NCBI GenBank assembly: GCA_040767525.1
Contig: JAXGOJ010000005.1
Span: 9,613-73,612, forward strand
Length of the DNA: 64,000 nucleotides
Direction: 5' to 3'
DNA from: Bacillota bacterium
Lineage (GTDB): Bacteria; Bacillota; Sulfobacillia; Fermentithermobacillales; Fermentithermobacillaceae
Positions 18,599-28,761 of the stretch are shown here, one piece after another. Position 1 is the stretch's first letter. Every line of letters begins with the position of its first letter. A program made the translations under genes and the position numbers. The notes under the pieces are model-generated. The model saw only the letters and a program-made list of their open reading frames with translations. It was not told the origin of the DNA and did no database searches.

Positions 18599-19069
18599 GG
18601 ATATCCCTCCTATTGCAAGAGTCTAGGTTATCTTATGTTGACACCAATAATGAAGTTACAGAAGTTTCGTGCCGGTATTGAATCATTCTTTGTACCTGAA
18701 ATGACTGGCAGGTGCCAGGGGTTTGAGAGGCGGGGCTGTACTGGTGCAGTAGAAGGGCGGCGCGACTTCCGGGGAGGAGAGAAGTCGCGCCATGAACGTT
18801 ATAAGATGTTGATACACAATATGTTGACATAATGCCTCAGGTGACTCTATTTTCCTCCAAGACAGTGTACTAAGGCTTAGCAGTTCGTTTCCGAGAGAGA
18901 AAGAGACAAAGGGCCACAACCGGTGTTCTGGAGCGACAGGTGTTGTGGAGCGGCAGTCATATGGGGTAAAATGATGTGTGCACTGATATGTGCACACGGA
19001 GACGGATTTCAATTCGATTGGCCGGCCGGAAACTTAGCCGGTTGGCTGTGGAAGGATGTGGGGAGGATC

Positions 19070-20471
19070 ATGGCTGGGAAAAAAGCACTAAGCCGGGAAA
19101 GTACATACTACTCACTTCTTGGTTTGGATAATGCCCTTGGATTGAACAGAAAGGCTGCAGGAGAACTGTTTTCCAGGCACGTAAATCTGGGTTTTGAAAA
19201 CCATGCTTTCAGCCCTAGGGTTTGACAAGAACTTTGTGCGGGCTCAAGGAGTCTCGGTTTTCGATGATAAGGGCACAAAGTACCTGGACTTTCTCGGTGG
19301 GTATGGGAGTTTGCCCTTGGACATAATCCCAAAGGCATATTGGGGGAACTGAATAAGGTTTGCCAGCGCCCAAACTTCCTTCAGCTTCAAGCCAGCCCGC
19401 TTCAGGCGGCATTGGCCATGATTTGGCTCAGATCCTGCCCGGCGATCTGAGTGTGGCGTTTTTTTGTAACAGCGGTGCTGAGGCTGTTGAAGGTGCCCTT
19501 AAGATGGCAAGGATAGCAACGGGCAAACCTGTGTATGTGTATTGCACAGGTGCTTTTCACGGGAAAACCCTCGGCGCTTTGTCTGTTGGAGGGCGCGAAA
19601 AGTATAAAACACCTTTTTGTCCCCTTATCCCGGGATGTGTAGAAATACCTTTCGGCAACATTGATGCCCTCGAGGAAGCACTTACCAAGTATAGATGTGC
19701 CGCTGTGATAATGGAGCCTATTCAAGGTGAGGCAGGTGTGATAATTCCTCCAGATGGCTATCTGAAGCAGGTTCGGGAATTAACCCGGGATCATGATACT
19801 CTCTTTATCCTTGATGAAGTACAGACCGGTTTCGGAAGGACCGGCAGAATGTTTGCGTGTGAACACGAGAATGTTGTTCCCGACATTATCTGCCTTGCAA
19901 AAGCATTAGGCGGCGGAGTCATGCCTGCCGGAGCTACTGTTACAGGCCCTAGCGTATGGGAAAAAGCATATGGAGGCCTTTCTAAGGCTCTTTTACATAC
20001 TTCAACCTTTGGAGGCGGTGCCCGGGCTTGCGCAGCAGGACTTTTGACTATCAACAAGATAGTCAGTGAAGGTCTCTGCCTGAGAGCCCAGGAACTGGGC
20101 GATTACTTTTTAGAAGGACTCCGTGCCCTTCAGCAAAGCTACAAGTCCATTAAAGAGGTTCGGGGAAAGGGCCTGCTTATTGGGATTGAGTTTGATAAGC
20201 CGGTGGAAGGGCTTCTGGATAAGCTTACAGCAGGTGCCATCAATGATTTTGCCAGGGAGTACTATGCTTCTCTGGTTGCAGGAGACCTGTTAGTGAGTCA
20301 CCGGGTCATAACAGCCTATACATTGAATAATCCAAATGTTATGAGGTTTGAACCTCCCTTGTGGTCACAAAGGAAGAAATTGATTATGTTCTCAATGCCC
20401 TTGAGGATATCTTTTCACAGAAGAAAGGGTTAGTGAAAATGGCTGTATCAGTCGTAACCAGGAAATCGTAG
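19070..20471 (+). pseudogene. Class III PLP aminotransferase (acetylornithine/putrescine/GABA aminotransferase family). It has about 3 frameshifts in the first 300 nt and one near 20365.
   Basis: GGGGAGGA RBS before ATG 19070. N-terminal pieces (FDDKGTKYLDFLGGYGS..LGHNP) lie in other frames. The core ORF 19360..20433 has NSGAEAVEGALK, DEVQTGFGRTG and the AKALGGG lysine region. The tail VVTKEEIDYVLNALEDIF is in another frame. Confidence 0.8.
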
Positions 20472-20538
20472 TAAAAACCCCGGTTGCCTTGAACGGCTCT
20501 GCCTGCATGTGGCAAAGTAGTGGCGGAGGAGGTTGTTT

Positions 20539-20952
20539 ATGAAAGCTACCATTTACATAGACGGAGCTTCAAGGGGAAACCCGGGTCCTGCTTCGTGTGC
20601 TGCCGTGGTTCTTGCAGAAGGCTTTCCCGAGAGGGAATTGGGCCTGTTTTTGGGAAGTGCCACGAACAACATTGCTGAGTATTCAGGGCTTCTTCTTGGG
20701 CTTCAAGAGGCTAAAGACATGGGTGCAGAAGAAGTCCTTGTTTTTTCCGATTCGAATCTGTGTGTTCAGCAGGTAAAAGGAAAGTTCAAAGTCTCAAGCC
20801 CAAACCTAATCCCGCTTTACAACAAGGCTAAGCGGGCTTTGCGGCATTTTTCAAAATGGGAGATAACCCACATTCCCAGAGAGCAGAACAAAAGGGCAGA
20901 CTCATTGACAAACAAGGTTTTGGATCTTTACGAGTTAATGAGCCGGGCATGA
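20539..20952 (+). CDS. Ribonuclease HI family protein
   Basis: DEDD residues are in context: IYIDGASRGNPGP, NNIAEY, VFSDS, NKRADSL. GGAGGAGG RBS 6 nt before ATG 20539. Confidence 0.85.
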   Translation: MKATIYIDGASRGNPGPASCAAVVLAEGFPERELGLFLGSATNNIAEYSGLLLGLQEAKDMGAEEVLVFSDSNLCVQQVKGKFKVSSPNLIPLYNKAKRALRHFSKWEITHIPREQNKRADSLTNKVLDLYELMSRA

Positions 20953-21123
20953 GTCTTCCCGTCAATGCTGGATTTTTTGGCCGCTGTCTGGCCGGGGACA
21001 AGCTGAGGCATGATACTATTTTCCCCTGTGTTCGTAACATAGATGATAGAAGGCAAAAGGCGGCATGTTATTATGGCATTTGAGACAGGGCCGGAACGGG
21101 AAAGAGGTGCAGATAGAATCCGA

Positions 21124-22191
21124 ATGAATCAGGGCAAGGAGACACAAGTCCAAAAGATACATGTTTGGCGCCGGGGCAGCATTTACGGCCTGAACAGGGC
21201 CGTGGTCGTTGTCCTGGCTATGTCGATTTTCGTAGGTTTGTACACTCTTTCCGCTTGTTCCAACCTTTTTGAATCTGAGTTCCTGACAATACAGGAGACA
21301 CCAGGCCTATTGCCCTTGGGCAGTTCAACTGTCTATCCTAACCCAAAAGGGAACGTAAATGACTATGCAGGTGTTCTCACAACCTCTGATTTGGAAAATT
21401 TAAATGCCCTGGTGGATTCAGTGTTACGGCAAACAGGAGTAACCTTCGCGGTGGCTATTGTCCCTGATCACGGTGATGAGAGTCTTGAGATTTATTCTGC
21501 CAACCTTTACGAGAATTGGGGGATAGGCGAAAAGGACGAGGACATGGGCTTGCTCGTCGTGCTTTCCATGGAAGAAAGGGGCCTTCGTATGGAGGTTGGC
21601 TACGGACTTGAACCTGTTATTACAGATGGGAGAGCAGGCGAGTGTCTTGACAAGATGCTTCCTTATTTCAGAAACGAAGAATACGGAAAAGGCCTGTATG
21701 CAGGACTTCTTAATGCAGCCCAGTATGTTGCGGACGAAGCGGGCATTGAGCTGCAAATTGAAGGAGGACAGGAAGGGTATCTCCCCCCTGTTTTTTCAGC
21801 GGGACAGATTCTGCTGCGGGTACTTGCAGTAGTGTTTTTCTTGGTGGCGGTTCTGGTATTTGCAGTATCAAGAAAGAGTCGCTGCCCTAAATGCAAATCG
21901 AAGTTAATTGTGACTGACAAAGTGATACGGGTTTCTACGTTTGCCCAGGGTGGCCTGGCGGTCAAGATGTTCAGGTGCCCTGTTTGCGGATACTACCGAG
22001 ACAAAACCTATAAGACAGGCCCAACCATCCGGCCTCCGGGGCCAGGGGGAAGCCTGCCGCCTTCTATGGGCCCCGGCCCATTCTTTGGAGGATCTCGGGG
22101 CTCAAGAGGACGATCACCCCGAGGTTTATCCGGCCCCCGAGGTTTCGGCGGTGGCAGAAGCGGGGGAGGCGGGGCCAGCAGAAAGTGGTAA
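21124..22191 (+). CDS. TPM domain (YgcG-like) lipoprotein with a TM helix, a CxxC...CxxC zinc ribbon and a Gly/Arg-rich tail
   Basis: Lipobox LSAC after a hydrophobic stretch. TPM signature NDYAGVLT...GLLVVLSMEERGLRMEVGYGLE. Zinc ribbon CPKC..17..CPVC. GGGRSGGGGASRKW tail. Confidence 0.75.
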   Translation: MNQGKETQVQKIHVWRRGSIYGLNRAVVVVLAMSIFVGLYTLSACSNLFESEFLTIQETPGLLPLGSSTVYPNPKGNVNDYAGVLTTSDLENLNALVDSVLRQTGVTFAVAIVPDHGDESLEIYSANLYENWGIGEKDEDMGLLVVLSMEERGLRMEVGYGLEPVITDGRAGECLDKMLPYFRNEEYGKGLYAGLLNAAQYVADEAGIELQIEGGQEGYLPPVFSAGQILLRVLAVVFFLVAVLVFAVSRKSRCPKCKSKLIVTDKVIRVSTFAQGGLAVKMFRCPVCGYYRDKTYKTGPTIRPPGPGGSLPPSMGPGPFFGGSRGSRGRSPRGLSGPRGFGGGRSGGGGASRKW

Positions 22192-22267
22192 ATTGACCAT
22201 CTGCAAAACCTTTGTTTAGGGTTTCCTGGAGTCAGGGCAGCGTAGCGGATAATGGGAGGGAAGGGCT

Positions 22268-22831
22268 ATGAAAAAGGGTGTTTCAAGTTTCATGGTGTTA
22301 CTTGGCGTAGTTGTGGTCCTTGGGGGTTGGCTGGCGTCCACTTACAACGGCTTGGTGAAGCAAAATGAGCTTATTGACGGCCAGTGGGCCCAGGTTGAAA
22401 ACCAGCTTCAAAGGCGCCACGACTTAATCCCTAATCTTGTAAGCACTGTAAAAGGATACGCTAAGCATGAAGAAGATGTTTTCACAGCAATTGCAGATGC
22501 CAGGGCCAAACTTAACCAGGCCTCCACCGTAGAAGAGAGAGTTGAAGCAAGGAATGAAGTAGAATCAGCCCTTGCCAGACTATTGGTTATTGTGGAGAAT
22601 TATCCCGAACTAAAGGCTGACACCCAGTTTAACAAGCTCATGGACGAATTGTCAGGTGCCGAAAATAGAATAAGTGTTGAACGGCTCAGATTCAATGAGC
22701 AAGTTAAGGCGTACAATACAAAGGTTAAACAGTTCCCTACTGTAATTATTGCCAGGCTTATGGGGTTTGACCCCAGGACGTATTTTGAAATGTCTCCTGG
22801 GGCGGCAGAAGCACCGAAAGTTGAATTCTGA
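22268..22831 (+). CDS. lemA: LemA family protein
   Basis: N-terminal TM helix then YNGLV...QWAQVENQLQRRHDLIPNLV...ENYPELKA..QF..L..EL...ENRI...R..FNE.V..YN, the canonical LemA pattern. It is paired with a TPM gene, as is common. Confidence 0.9.
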   Translation: MKKGVSSFMVLLGVVVVLGGWLASTYNGLVKQNELIDGQWAQVENQLQRRHDLIPNLVSTVKGYAKHEEDVFTAIADARAKLNQASTVEERVEARNEVESALARLLVIVENYPELKADTQFNKLMDELSGAENRISVERLRFNEQVKAYNTKVKQFPTVIIARLMGFDPRTYFEMSPGAAEAPKVEF

Positions 22832-23086
22832 AAAGGCAGGTTCTGAACTTTCAGGGTATATAGTGGGACGGAGCCCGGCATACTCTACAGGAATTACCGG
22901 ATACAGCCCGGGGCAAATGGCTAAAAGATCCATGCAGGTAGCATGGCATTTTTGGAAAAGAAAGGCCGGTTAGGGCCTAAGAGCAGATATTGGGAAGACA
23001 CGGCACAATGGGCCGGTTGACATAATCAGCACCGCGGAAGTAAACTTATGTAGCCGGTATTTTGGATGTCGAGCGTTAAGATCGCT

Positions 23087-23115
23087 TTGACGCCTTCCAC
23101 CGGCCTTGTTATATT
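23087..23115 (+). promoter_or_regulatory. Sigma-A-type promoter candidate for rnpB
   Basis: TTGACG (23087-23092), a 17 nt spacer, then TATATT (23110-23115), ending 9 nt before the RNA 5' end. Confidence 0.55.
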
Positions 23116-23123
23116 GTGTTTAG

Positions 23124-23523
23124 GTAAGCAGGTTAGGTAGTCGCAGGCGGTTTTTCCGCTTGAGGAAAGTCCGGGCTCCACAGGGCAGGGCGCTGGGTAA
23201 CGCCCAGCGAGGGTGACCTCAGGGAAAGTGCCACAGAAACATACCGCCTTTGATACAGGCTGTTTTCGTCACCGGAGGCATGCCCAGCCTCCTGGTGGCC
23301 AACGAAAGGCCAGTATCAAAGGTAAGGGTGAAAAGGTAGTGTAAGAGACTACCGGCAGCCGGGTGACCGGCTGGCCAGGCAAACCCCGTCCGGAGCAAGA
23401 CCAAATAGGGGGGCGATGACGCGGCCCGTAGAGCCCCCGGGTATGGTCGCTTGAGGGAAAAGGCAACTTTTCTCCCAGATAGATGACTACCCGTGACAGA
23501 ACCCGGCTTATAGGCCTGCTTAC
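23124..23523 (+). ncRNA. rnpB: RNase P RNA, bacterial type A
   Basis: Universal P4 strands GAGGAAAGTCCGGGCTCCACAGGGCA... and ...ACAGAACCCGGCTTA. Type A element GGTAAGGGTGAAAAGGTAGTGTAAGAGACTACC. P1 pairing GTAAGCAGG/CCTGCTTAC defines the ends. Confidence 0.9.
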
Positions 23524-23555
23524 CGCCTTTTCCTTTCGTAAAAGGAGAAAACAGC

Positions 23556-24127
23556 ATGTCTGGCGTGAAGACTCTGATGGAATACGGTCCGTTAGGGCTT
23601 GTTGTATTGGCGTTTTGTGAGTCTGTTTTCTTCCCTGTCCCTCCTGATTTTATGCTTTTACCCCTTGCTATGCTGAAGCCAGGCCTTTCGTGTTGGTACG
23701 CATTTTTGGCTACTTTGGCATCAGTGGCAGGGGCTATCCTGGGCTACGGTATCGGGCTGAAAGCCGGCAGGCCTCTTTTGGAGAAGTACTTTCCCCGGCA
23801 AAGGCTTATTCAGATTGAACTTCTGTTCAAGAACTACGGCGGATGGGCCGTAGGTATCGCAGCGTTTACTCCATTTCCCTTCAAGTTGTTTACCCTGGCA
23901 GGCGGCATATTCAGGGTGAGGTTGTGGCCTTTTGCCATTGCTTCTGCAATTGGCCGGGGTGGCCGGTTTTTTCTTGAAGCAGGCCTTGTGTTTTTTCTCG
24001 GAGATGAAGCAGAAGCGTTGTTCGTTGCCGAATTTCGAACTGATAACCGGGTATTACGGTTGTGCTTATTGGGCTGATCTGGCTGGTAGGCAAAATCAGG
24101 GCATGCCGGGCTCGGAAGTACCGGTGA
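23556..24127 (+). CDS. DedA/YqaA family membrane protein. The last TM helix is in another frame (frameshift ~24010-24050), and the uninterrupted ORF ends at 24077.
   Basis: ESVFFPVPPDFMLLPLAM and GYGIG motif. An alternative frame gives a plausible C-terminus ITVVLIGLIWLVGKIRACRARKYR* ending at 24127. Confidence 0.65.
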
Positions 24128-24159
24128 TGCCCCGGATAACCTGTGTGCGTTCAAGGTGG

Positions 24160-24613
24160 TCAGTTTATTGCCAGGACGTCTTCACTTGTGGCGTAACCCG
24201 TTGCTACACCGTAAGCCAAATCGGCTATGAGAGTCATGATTGTGGTTGAAATTCCAAGGCTCCAGGGCTGAGCAGTTATTCCCAGAGGAGGTAGAATCAA
24301 TCCCCATAGCAGCCAAACCAACAAACCGTTAATTATCCCGAGTACCAGGTTGTGCCTTGAGTGAAAATTCCTTACCGCTATGGCGAATACCTTGTGCCCA
24401 TAACACACCGGTAAGCATATGTATTACAAAACCCAAAATCCCGCCGCTTGCTGAATATGCGACGCCCCTGGCGCTTACAAGCCCGGCCAATCCGCCAAGA
24501 AGGTTTAATTTCACCAAACCTGCACGTCTGCCGATCCCCAGAATAATATCCATTGCCGCGATTCCGGTGACTCCTCCCCAAAGGGCTCTGGTCCATAAAT
24601 TCCTCATAAGCAA
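24160..24613 (-). pseudogene. Small polytopic membrane protein of unknown family, split by a frameshift near 24395
   Basis: ORFs 24329..24613 and 24160..24408 overlap, are both hydrophobic, and join as ...HMLTGVLWA|HKVFAIAV.... Confidence 0.5.
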
Positions 24614-24866
24614 CCTCCTTGCCGTCTATTATTCCCTGTCCCTTCCCGGTTAATCGAGGCAGCCCGGGATTTCCGGGTATGTGGCACCCATTGTGGCTAA
24701 AGGGTGATGTGTCACCTGCAATGCGTTTTTTAAAGGGAATTCAGCATTTTTGGAGAAATGATAAGGACAGTGCATTACATAGACTGTGCCATTGCATTGG
24801 GATTTAGACGGGCTTGCCCGAAAATCTCGATGTTCAAATGGACAGAGCAAAGATGGTGGGGGTAAT

Positions 24867-25337
24867 TTGAGAGATTCTGCACTGCACTCTTTGATTGAAC
24901 ACAGTATTGAGACAGCAAGACACGAGATACAGTCTGGTTGGGCTTCTGTTTTGGTCCAAAACGGAAAGGTCCTTGACAGAGAACAGGGCAAAGGAATAAG
25001 GCCTGCGCTTATGATTTTCCAAAGAAGGCTTGTTGGGGCAAGCCCGAGTAATCTATTGCCTGCAAAAGATAACAGTCTCGTATTTGGCGACAGAGTTTTA
25101 GGGCTGGCCGCGTTCAAACTTGGATGTCTTATGGGAGCCGGCGCAATGTGGGGCGATTTGGTGAGCCAACTTGCACTGGCCGAGGCCGGGTTAAAAGGCG
25201 TACCGGTTGTTTATGAAAAAAGAGTCCAATCCATCCTGAATAGGGCCGGCGATGATCTATGCCCTATAGAGCGGCTTGCGTCCGGTTGCGATAAAGACAG
25301 TGACTTTTACTCTAGACTATTGGAGTGGTTAAAGTAA
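24867..25337 (+). CDS. DUF1893 (TM1506-like) domain protein
   Basis: Pattern ...GKGIRPAL...FGDRVLGLAAFKL...VSQLALAEAGLKGVPVVYEKRVQSILNRAGDDLCPIE, recalled from the family. The likely TTG start at 24867 follows GGTGGGGG. Confidence 0.5.
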   Translation: MRDSALHSLIEHSIETARHEIQSGWASVLVQNGKVLDREQGKGIRPALMIFQRRLVGASPSNLLPAKDNSLVFGDRVLGLAAFKLGCLMGAGAMWGDLVSQLALAEAGLKGVPVVYEKRVQSILNRAGDDLCPIERLASGCDKDSDFYSRLLEWLK

Positions 25338-25383
25338 CACGGCTTTCTGTACAAGACAACTTATAACAGAGGGTGCTTATTAA

Positions 25384-27452
25384 TTGAGCAGGTTCAGACG
25401 AGCTTATCTGGTTATTCTTGATGCGGTCCTAATTAACATTGCGGCTGTGGCAGCCCTTTACCTCAGGTTTGAGTTAAGAGTGCCTTCCAGTTATTTATCT
25501 GAGTACCAGAGGGCAGCTCCATACTTCACCTTGATATCTCTCGGCATTTTTGCTGCTATTGGGCTTTACTCTGTAATTTTGCGTTATGCAAGCGTAGATC
25601 AGCTTTTGGCTTCTGCTGCAGGAAGTGTTTTGAGTTCAGGCGTACTCTGGCTCTTGCTCAAGTTTTGGATTGCTCCTGGATATCCGCGTTCTGCTCTGAT
25701 TATCACAGGAATGCTTGAGTTTTTATTCCTGGCGGGCTTAAGAGTCTCGGTCAGGCTCTTCAACAGGGTATGGAACGGCTTTTTTGATGCAGTAAGAGAC
25801 CCGGTGAGCAGGCAATTGGGGTCTTGATTGTTGGAGTGGGTGATGCAGGGGTTATACTCGGAAAGGAGTTGTCAAAGCCCTCAGTGCCGAAATATAAACT
25901 GTTAGGGTACATAGATGATGACCCTTCCAAAAGGAACACCACTGTATGTGGTGCAAGAGTGTATGGAAACAGGGATCTTATTCCTTCCCTTGTTGAGCGG
26001 CTCCAGGTAAATGAGATCATTGTGGCAATGCCATCGGTTTCTCCTGCCATAGTACGGGAGATTGTGAGTTTGTGTCAGGACACAGGGGTAAAAATCAGAG
26101 CTTTGCCCAGAGTTTTAGACATGGCAGGGAAACCATTTGAAATGGGTATGATAAAGGACATAGACATAGAAGATCTTTTGGGACGTCCTGAAGTACACCT
26201 GGACACTCAAAGAATTGAGGAGTACCTGAGAGGAAAGAAAGTCTTAATCACCGGTGCAGGAGGTTCTATCGGTTCAGAAATTTGCAGGCAAGTGGCAGCT
26301 TTTAACCCCGGTAGCTTGATTCTTTTGGGACATGGTGAAAACTCAATTTTCGAGGCCAGAATGGTTTTGGACCGGGAGTTTCCGGAGATGGTCAAAGAAT
26401 CCCTGGTGGCAGATGTAAGGGACTCAGTCAGAATCAAAGAGATCTTTTCGGTTTACAGGCCAGACGTGGTGTTTCACGCGGCAGCTCATAAGCATGTCCC
26501 CTTGATGGAACAACATATTCAGGAAGCCATAAAGACCAATGTATTTGGCACACTGAATGTGGCCAAGGCAGCGTTAGTTTACGAGGCAAGAAAGTTTGTT
26601 ATGATATCAACTGACAAAGCAGTCAATCCAACCAGTGTCATGGGCGCCAGCAAACGGGTAGCTGAATTGGTTGTCCAATCGATGAACTGCCTTAGCAAGA
26701 ATACTCAGTTCGTATCAGTAAGATTCGGGAATGTTTTGGGTTCAAGAGGCAGCGTAGTGCCTGTTTTCCGCCGGCAGATAGCAGAGGGTGGGCCTGTCAC
26801 CGTTACCCATCCTGACATGAGAAGGTATTTTATGACCAAGAAAGAAGCTGTTGAATTGGTGCTACAGGCCGGAGCCATGGGCCATGGTGGGGAAATTTTC
26901 GTGCTGGATATGGGAGAACCTGTACGAATTCTGGATATGGCGGAACAGATGATAAGGCTTTCAGGCCATGTACCATACGATGACATCCCAATAGTGTTTA
27001 CCGGTATCCGGCCGGGAGAGAAGCTTTTCGAGGAAATACTTACTGCCGAAGAGGGAACCTCAGCAACCCATCACTCCCAGATATTTGTAGCAAGACAAAA
27101 CCCCTTTTCTTCAGCCTCGTTTTTCGCGGGCCTGGCCAAACTCGAAAACCTCGTGTTTCCCCGGCACTTGAATTGCCGGGTGTTTACCGGTGAAACCCCT
27201 GAATTGGACTCAAATTTGGCGAATGCTGTTATTGAAGAAGCCCGCTCAGGAGCGTGGGAACTCGCGGCATCCAGGAACACTGGAGACGTCCGGCTTTGGG
27301 AATCAGGCAAAGACACCCTGATTGTGGTTTCAAGAAGACACGAGATCCTGAAAACCCTCGAAGAATTGGTGCCTGAGTTCCAGGGCTCAAACCATGCAGA
27401 AGCAAGACAGGCCAGAGTGAGCCCCGGCCGTGCGAAATCGAATCCCCGGTAA
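25384..27452 (+). pseudogene. Polysaccharide biosynthesis protein of the CapD/PglF/WbpM type (membrane-anchored NDP-sugar 4,6-dehydratase/epimerase), with one frameshift near 25810
   Basis: The N-terminal 4-TM ORF (25384..25827) and the catalytic ORF (25824..27452) join as ...IGVLIVGVGDAG if one G is added to CCGGTG. Rossmann motif TGAGGSIGSE, ISTDKAV..TSVMGASKR. The C-terminal extension of about 120 aa is unusual. Confidence 0.8.
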
Positions 27453-27552
27453 TTGGAAGGTTTTAAGAGACGTATCATAATAAAGAATGTGATGAGGAGA
27501 TAAGACTCAGGCCATGGGTACTAATCAGGCCCGGCAAACCGGGGGGTTCTTA

Positions 27553-28761
27553 ATGAAAGTATTGCTGGCAATTGCCCTTGTCCTGTCTGTCACATATGTT
27601 GTAAGCGGGCTTTTACCCAGAATATTTTCGCAAAAGGCCATTGACTATTTTGGCCCGGCATTTCTGGAAAGCGTATCTCGCAGGGCAAGATTTTCTTACG
27701 CGGCTGCCGGACTTGAGTCAATAGCTGCCTTTCTGACCTTATTCGCTTTTGCCGTTGGAACTTTCCAGAAGCCGCTTTTTGCCGGTATTCCTGTTACAGA
27801 ACATGTATCACCGGGGAAAGGGTTCTGGATTGGCACTGTTCTGGCTCTTCAGGCCGGATTGCTGTTGACAGTGGTGAGCATGCCTTTTCGTTGGTTCAGA
27901 GGATACTACCTGGAGAAAGCATTTGGGCTTTCGAGACTAACCCTGGGCGGCTGGTTCTGGGAATTTGCTAAAGGTTCAGTTCTCAATTTTGCGATCTATG
28001 CTGTAACAGGTGGAACTGCTGCTTTTCTTCTTGCGAGATTCCCAAGAACGTGGCAGTATGTTCTGACTCTGGCCCTTTTCTTTGGAAGCATATTCTTTGC
28101 CTATGTTTATCCAACGGCTATCGCTCCGGTGTTTGACCGGTTTGTTCCTCTGAAGGATCAATCACTCCTGTCTGAAGTGAGCGAACTTGCCGGCAAAGCC
28201 GGGATGCAAGTTGAAAAAGTCCTTGTTATGGAGGCTTCACGTAAAACTGCCAGGGCCAACGCGTATTTTACAGGTATTGGCAATAGCAAACAGGTAGTAC
28301 TATATGATAATCTCATAGCAAATTATTCCATTGAAGAGATAAGACTGGTACTGGCACATGAACTTGGCCATTGGAAATACGGGCATATTGCAAAGGGGAT
28401 AGGGTTTTCGGCAGCGGGAACTCTTATTATCACAATGCTCTTTTCCTTGATTTGTGCCCCTTTGCCAGACCGTTTTTCTGTCGCCAATCTCCGCAGTGTC
28501 TTTTTGTCCCTTGTGTTGTTTTCGATTCTCGCGTCGTATGTGGCTACTCCTGCTGCTTCAATCCTGTCTCGAAGGCATGAGGTACAGGCTGATATGTTTT
28601 CCCTTGAGCTTACAGGAGACTCAAATTCCTTTATTGCAGCCATGGCAGGCCTGGCCAGAAGTAACTTAGGAGACGTAGAGCCGCCTCCTTTCATCCGCTG
28701 GTTTGCATGGACCCATCCAACTACAATTGAGAGAATTACCATGGGTGAGCAGTGGAAATAA
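27553..28761 (+). CDS. M48 family metalloprotease (Ste24/HtpX-like)
   Basis: Multi-TM N-terminal half, HELGHWKYGH zinc motif and a C-terminal HPTTIERI. The likely start is ATG 27553. Confidence 0.85.
   Translation: MKVLLAIALVLSVTYVVSGLLPRIFSQKAIDYFGPAFLESVSRRARFSYAAAGLESIAAFLTLFAFAVGTFQKPLFAGIPVTEHVSPGKGFWIGTVLALQAGLLLTVVSMPFRWFRGYYLEKAFGLSRLTLGGWFWEFAKGSVLNFAIYAVTGGTAAFLLARFPRTWQYVLTLALFFGSIFFAYVYPTAIAPVFDRFVPLKDQSLLSEVSELAGKAGMQVEKVLVMEASRKTARANAYFTGIGNSKQVVLYDNLIANYSIEEIRLVLAHELGHWKYGHIAKGIGFSAAGTLIITMLFSLICAPLPDRFSVANLRSVFLSLVLFSILASYVATPAASILSRRHEVQADMFSLELTGDSNSFIAAMAGLARSNLGDVEPPPFIRWFAWTHPTTIERITMGEQWK

Noticed and set aside
18792-18812. Six-codon ORF (MNVIRC) right after the GC hairpin as a regulatory leader peptide
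   Set aside because: It is too short and has no informative codon content. The spacing from the SD-like loop is about 13 nt, and that loop would be sequestered in the stem-loop.
20539-20952. RNase H gene as part of a retroelement or retron
   Set aside because: No reverse transcriptase, integrase or structured msr/msd-like repeats nearby. It looks like a stand-alone RNase HI.
23219-23557. Minus-strand ORFs (112 aa and 65 aa) inside rnpB
   Set aside because: The region carries the universal RNase P RNA P4 and type A elements on the plus strand. The ORFs are artefacts of GC-rich structured RNA.
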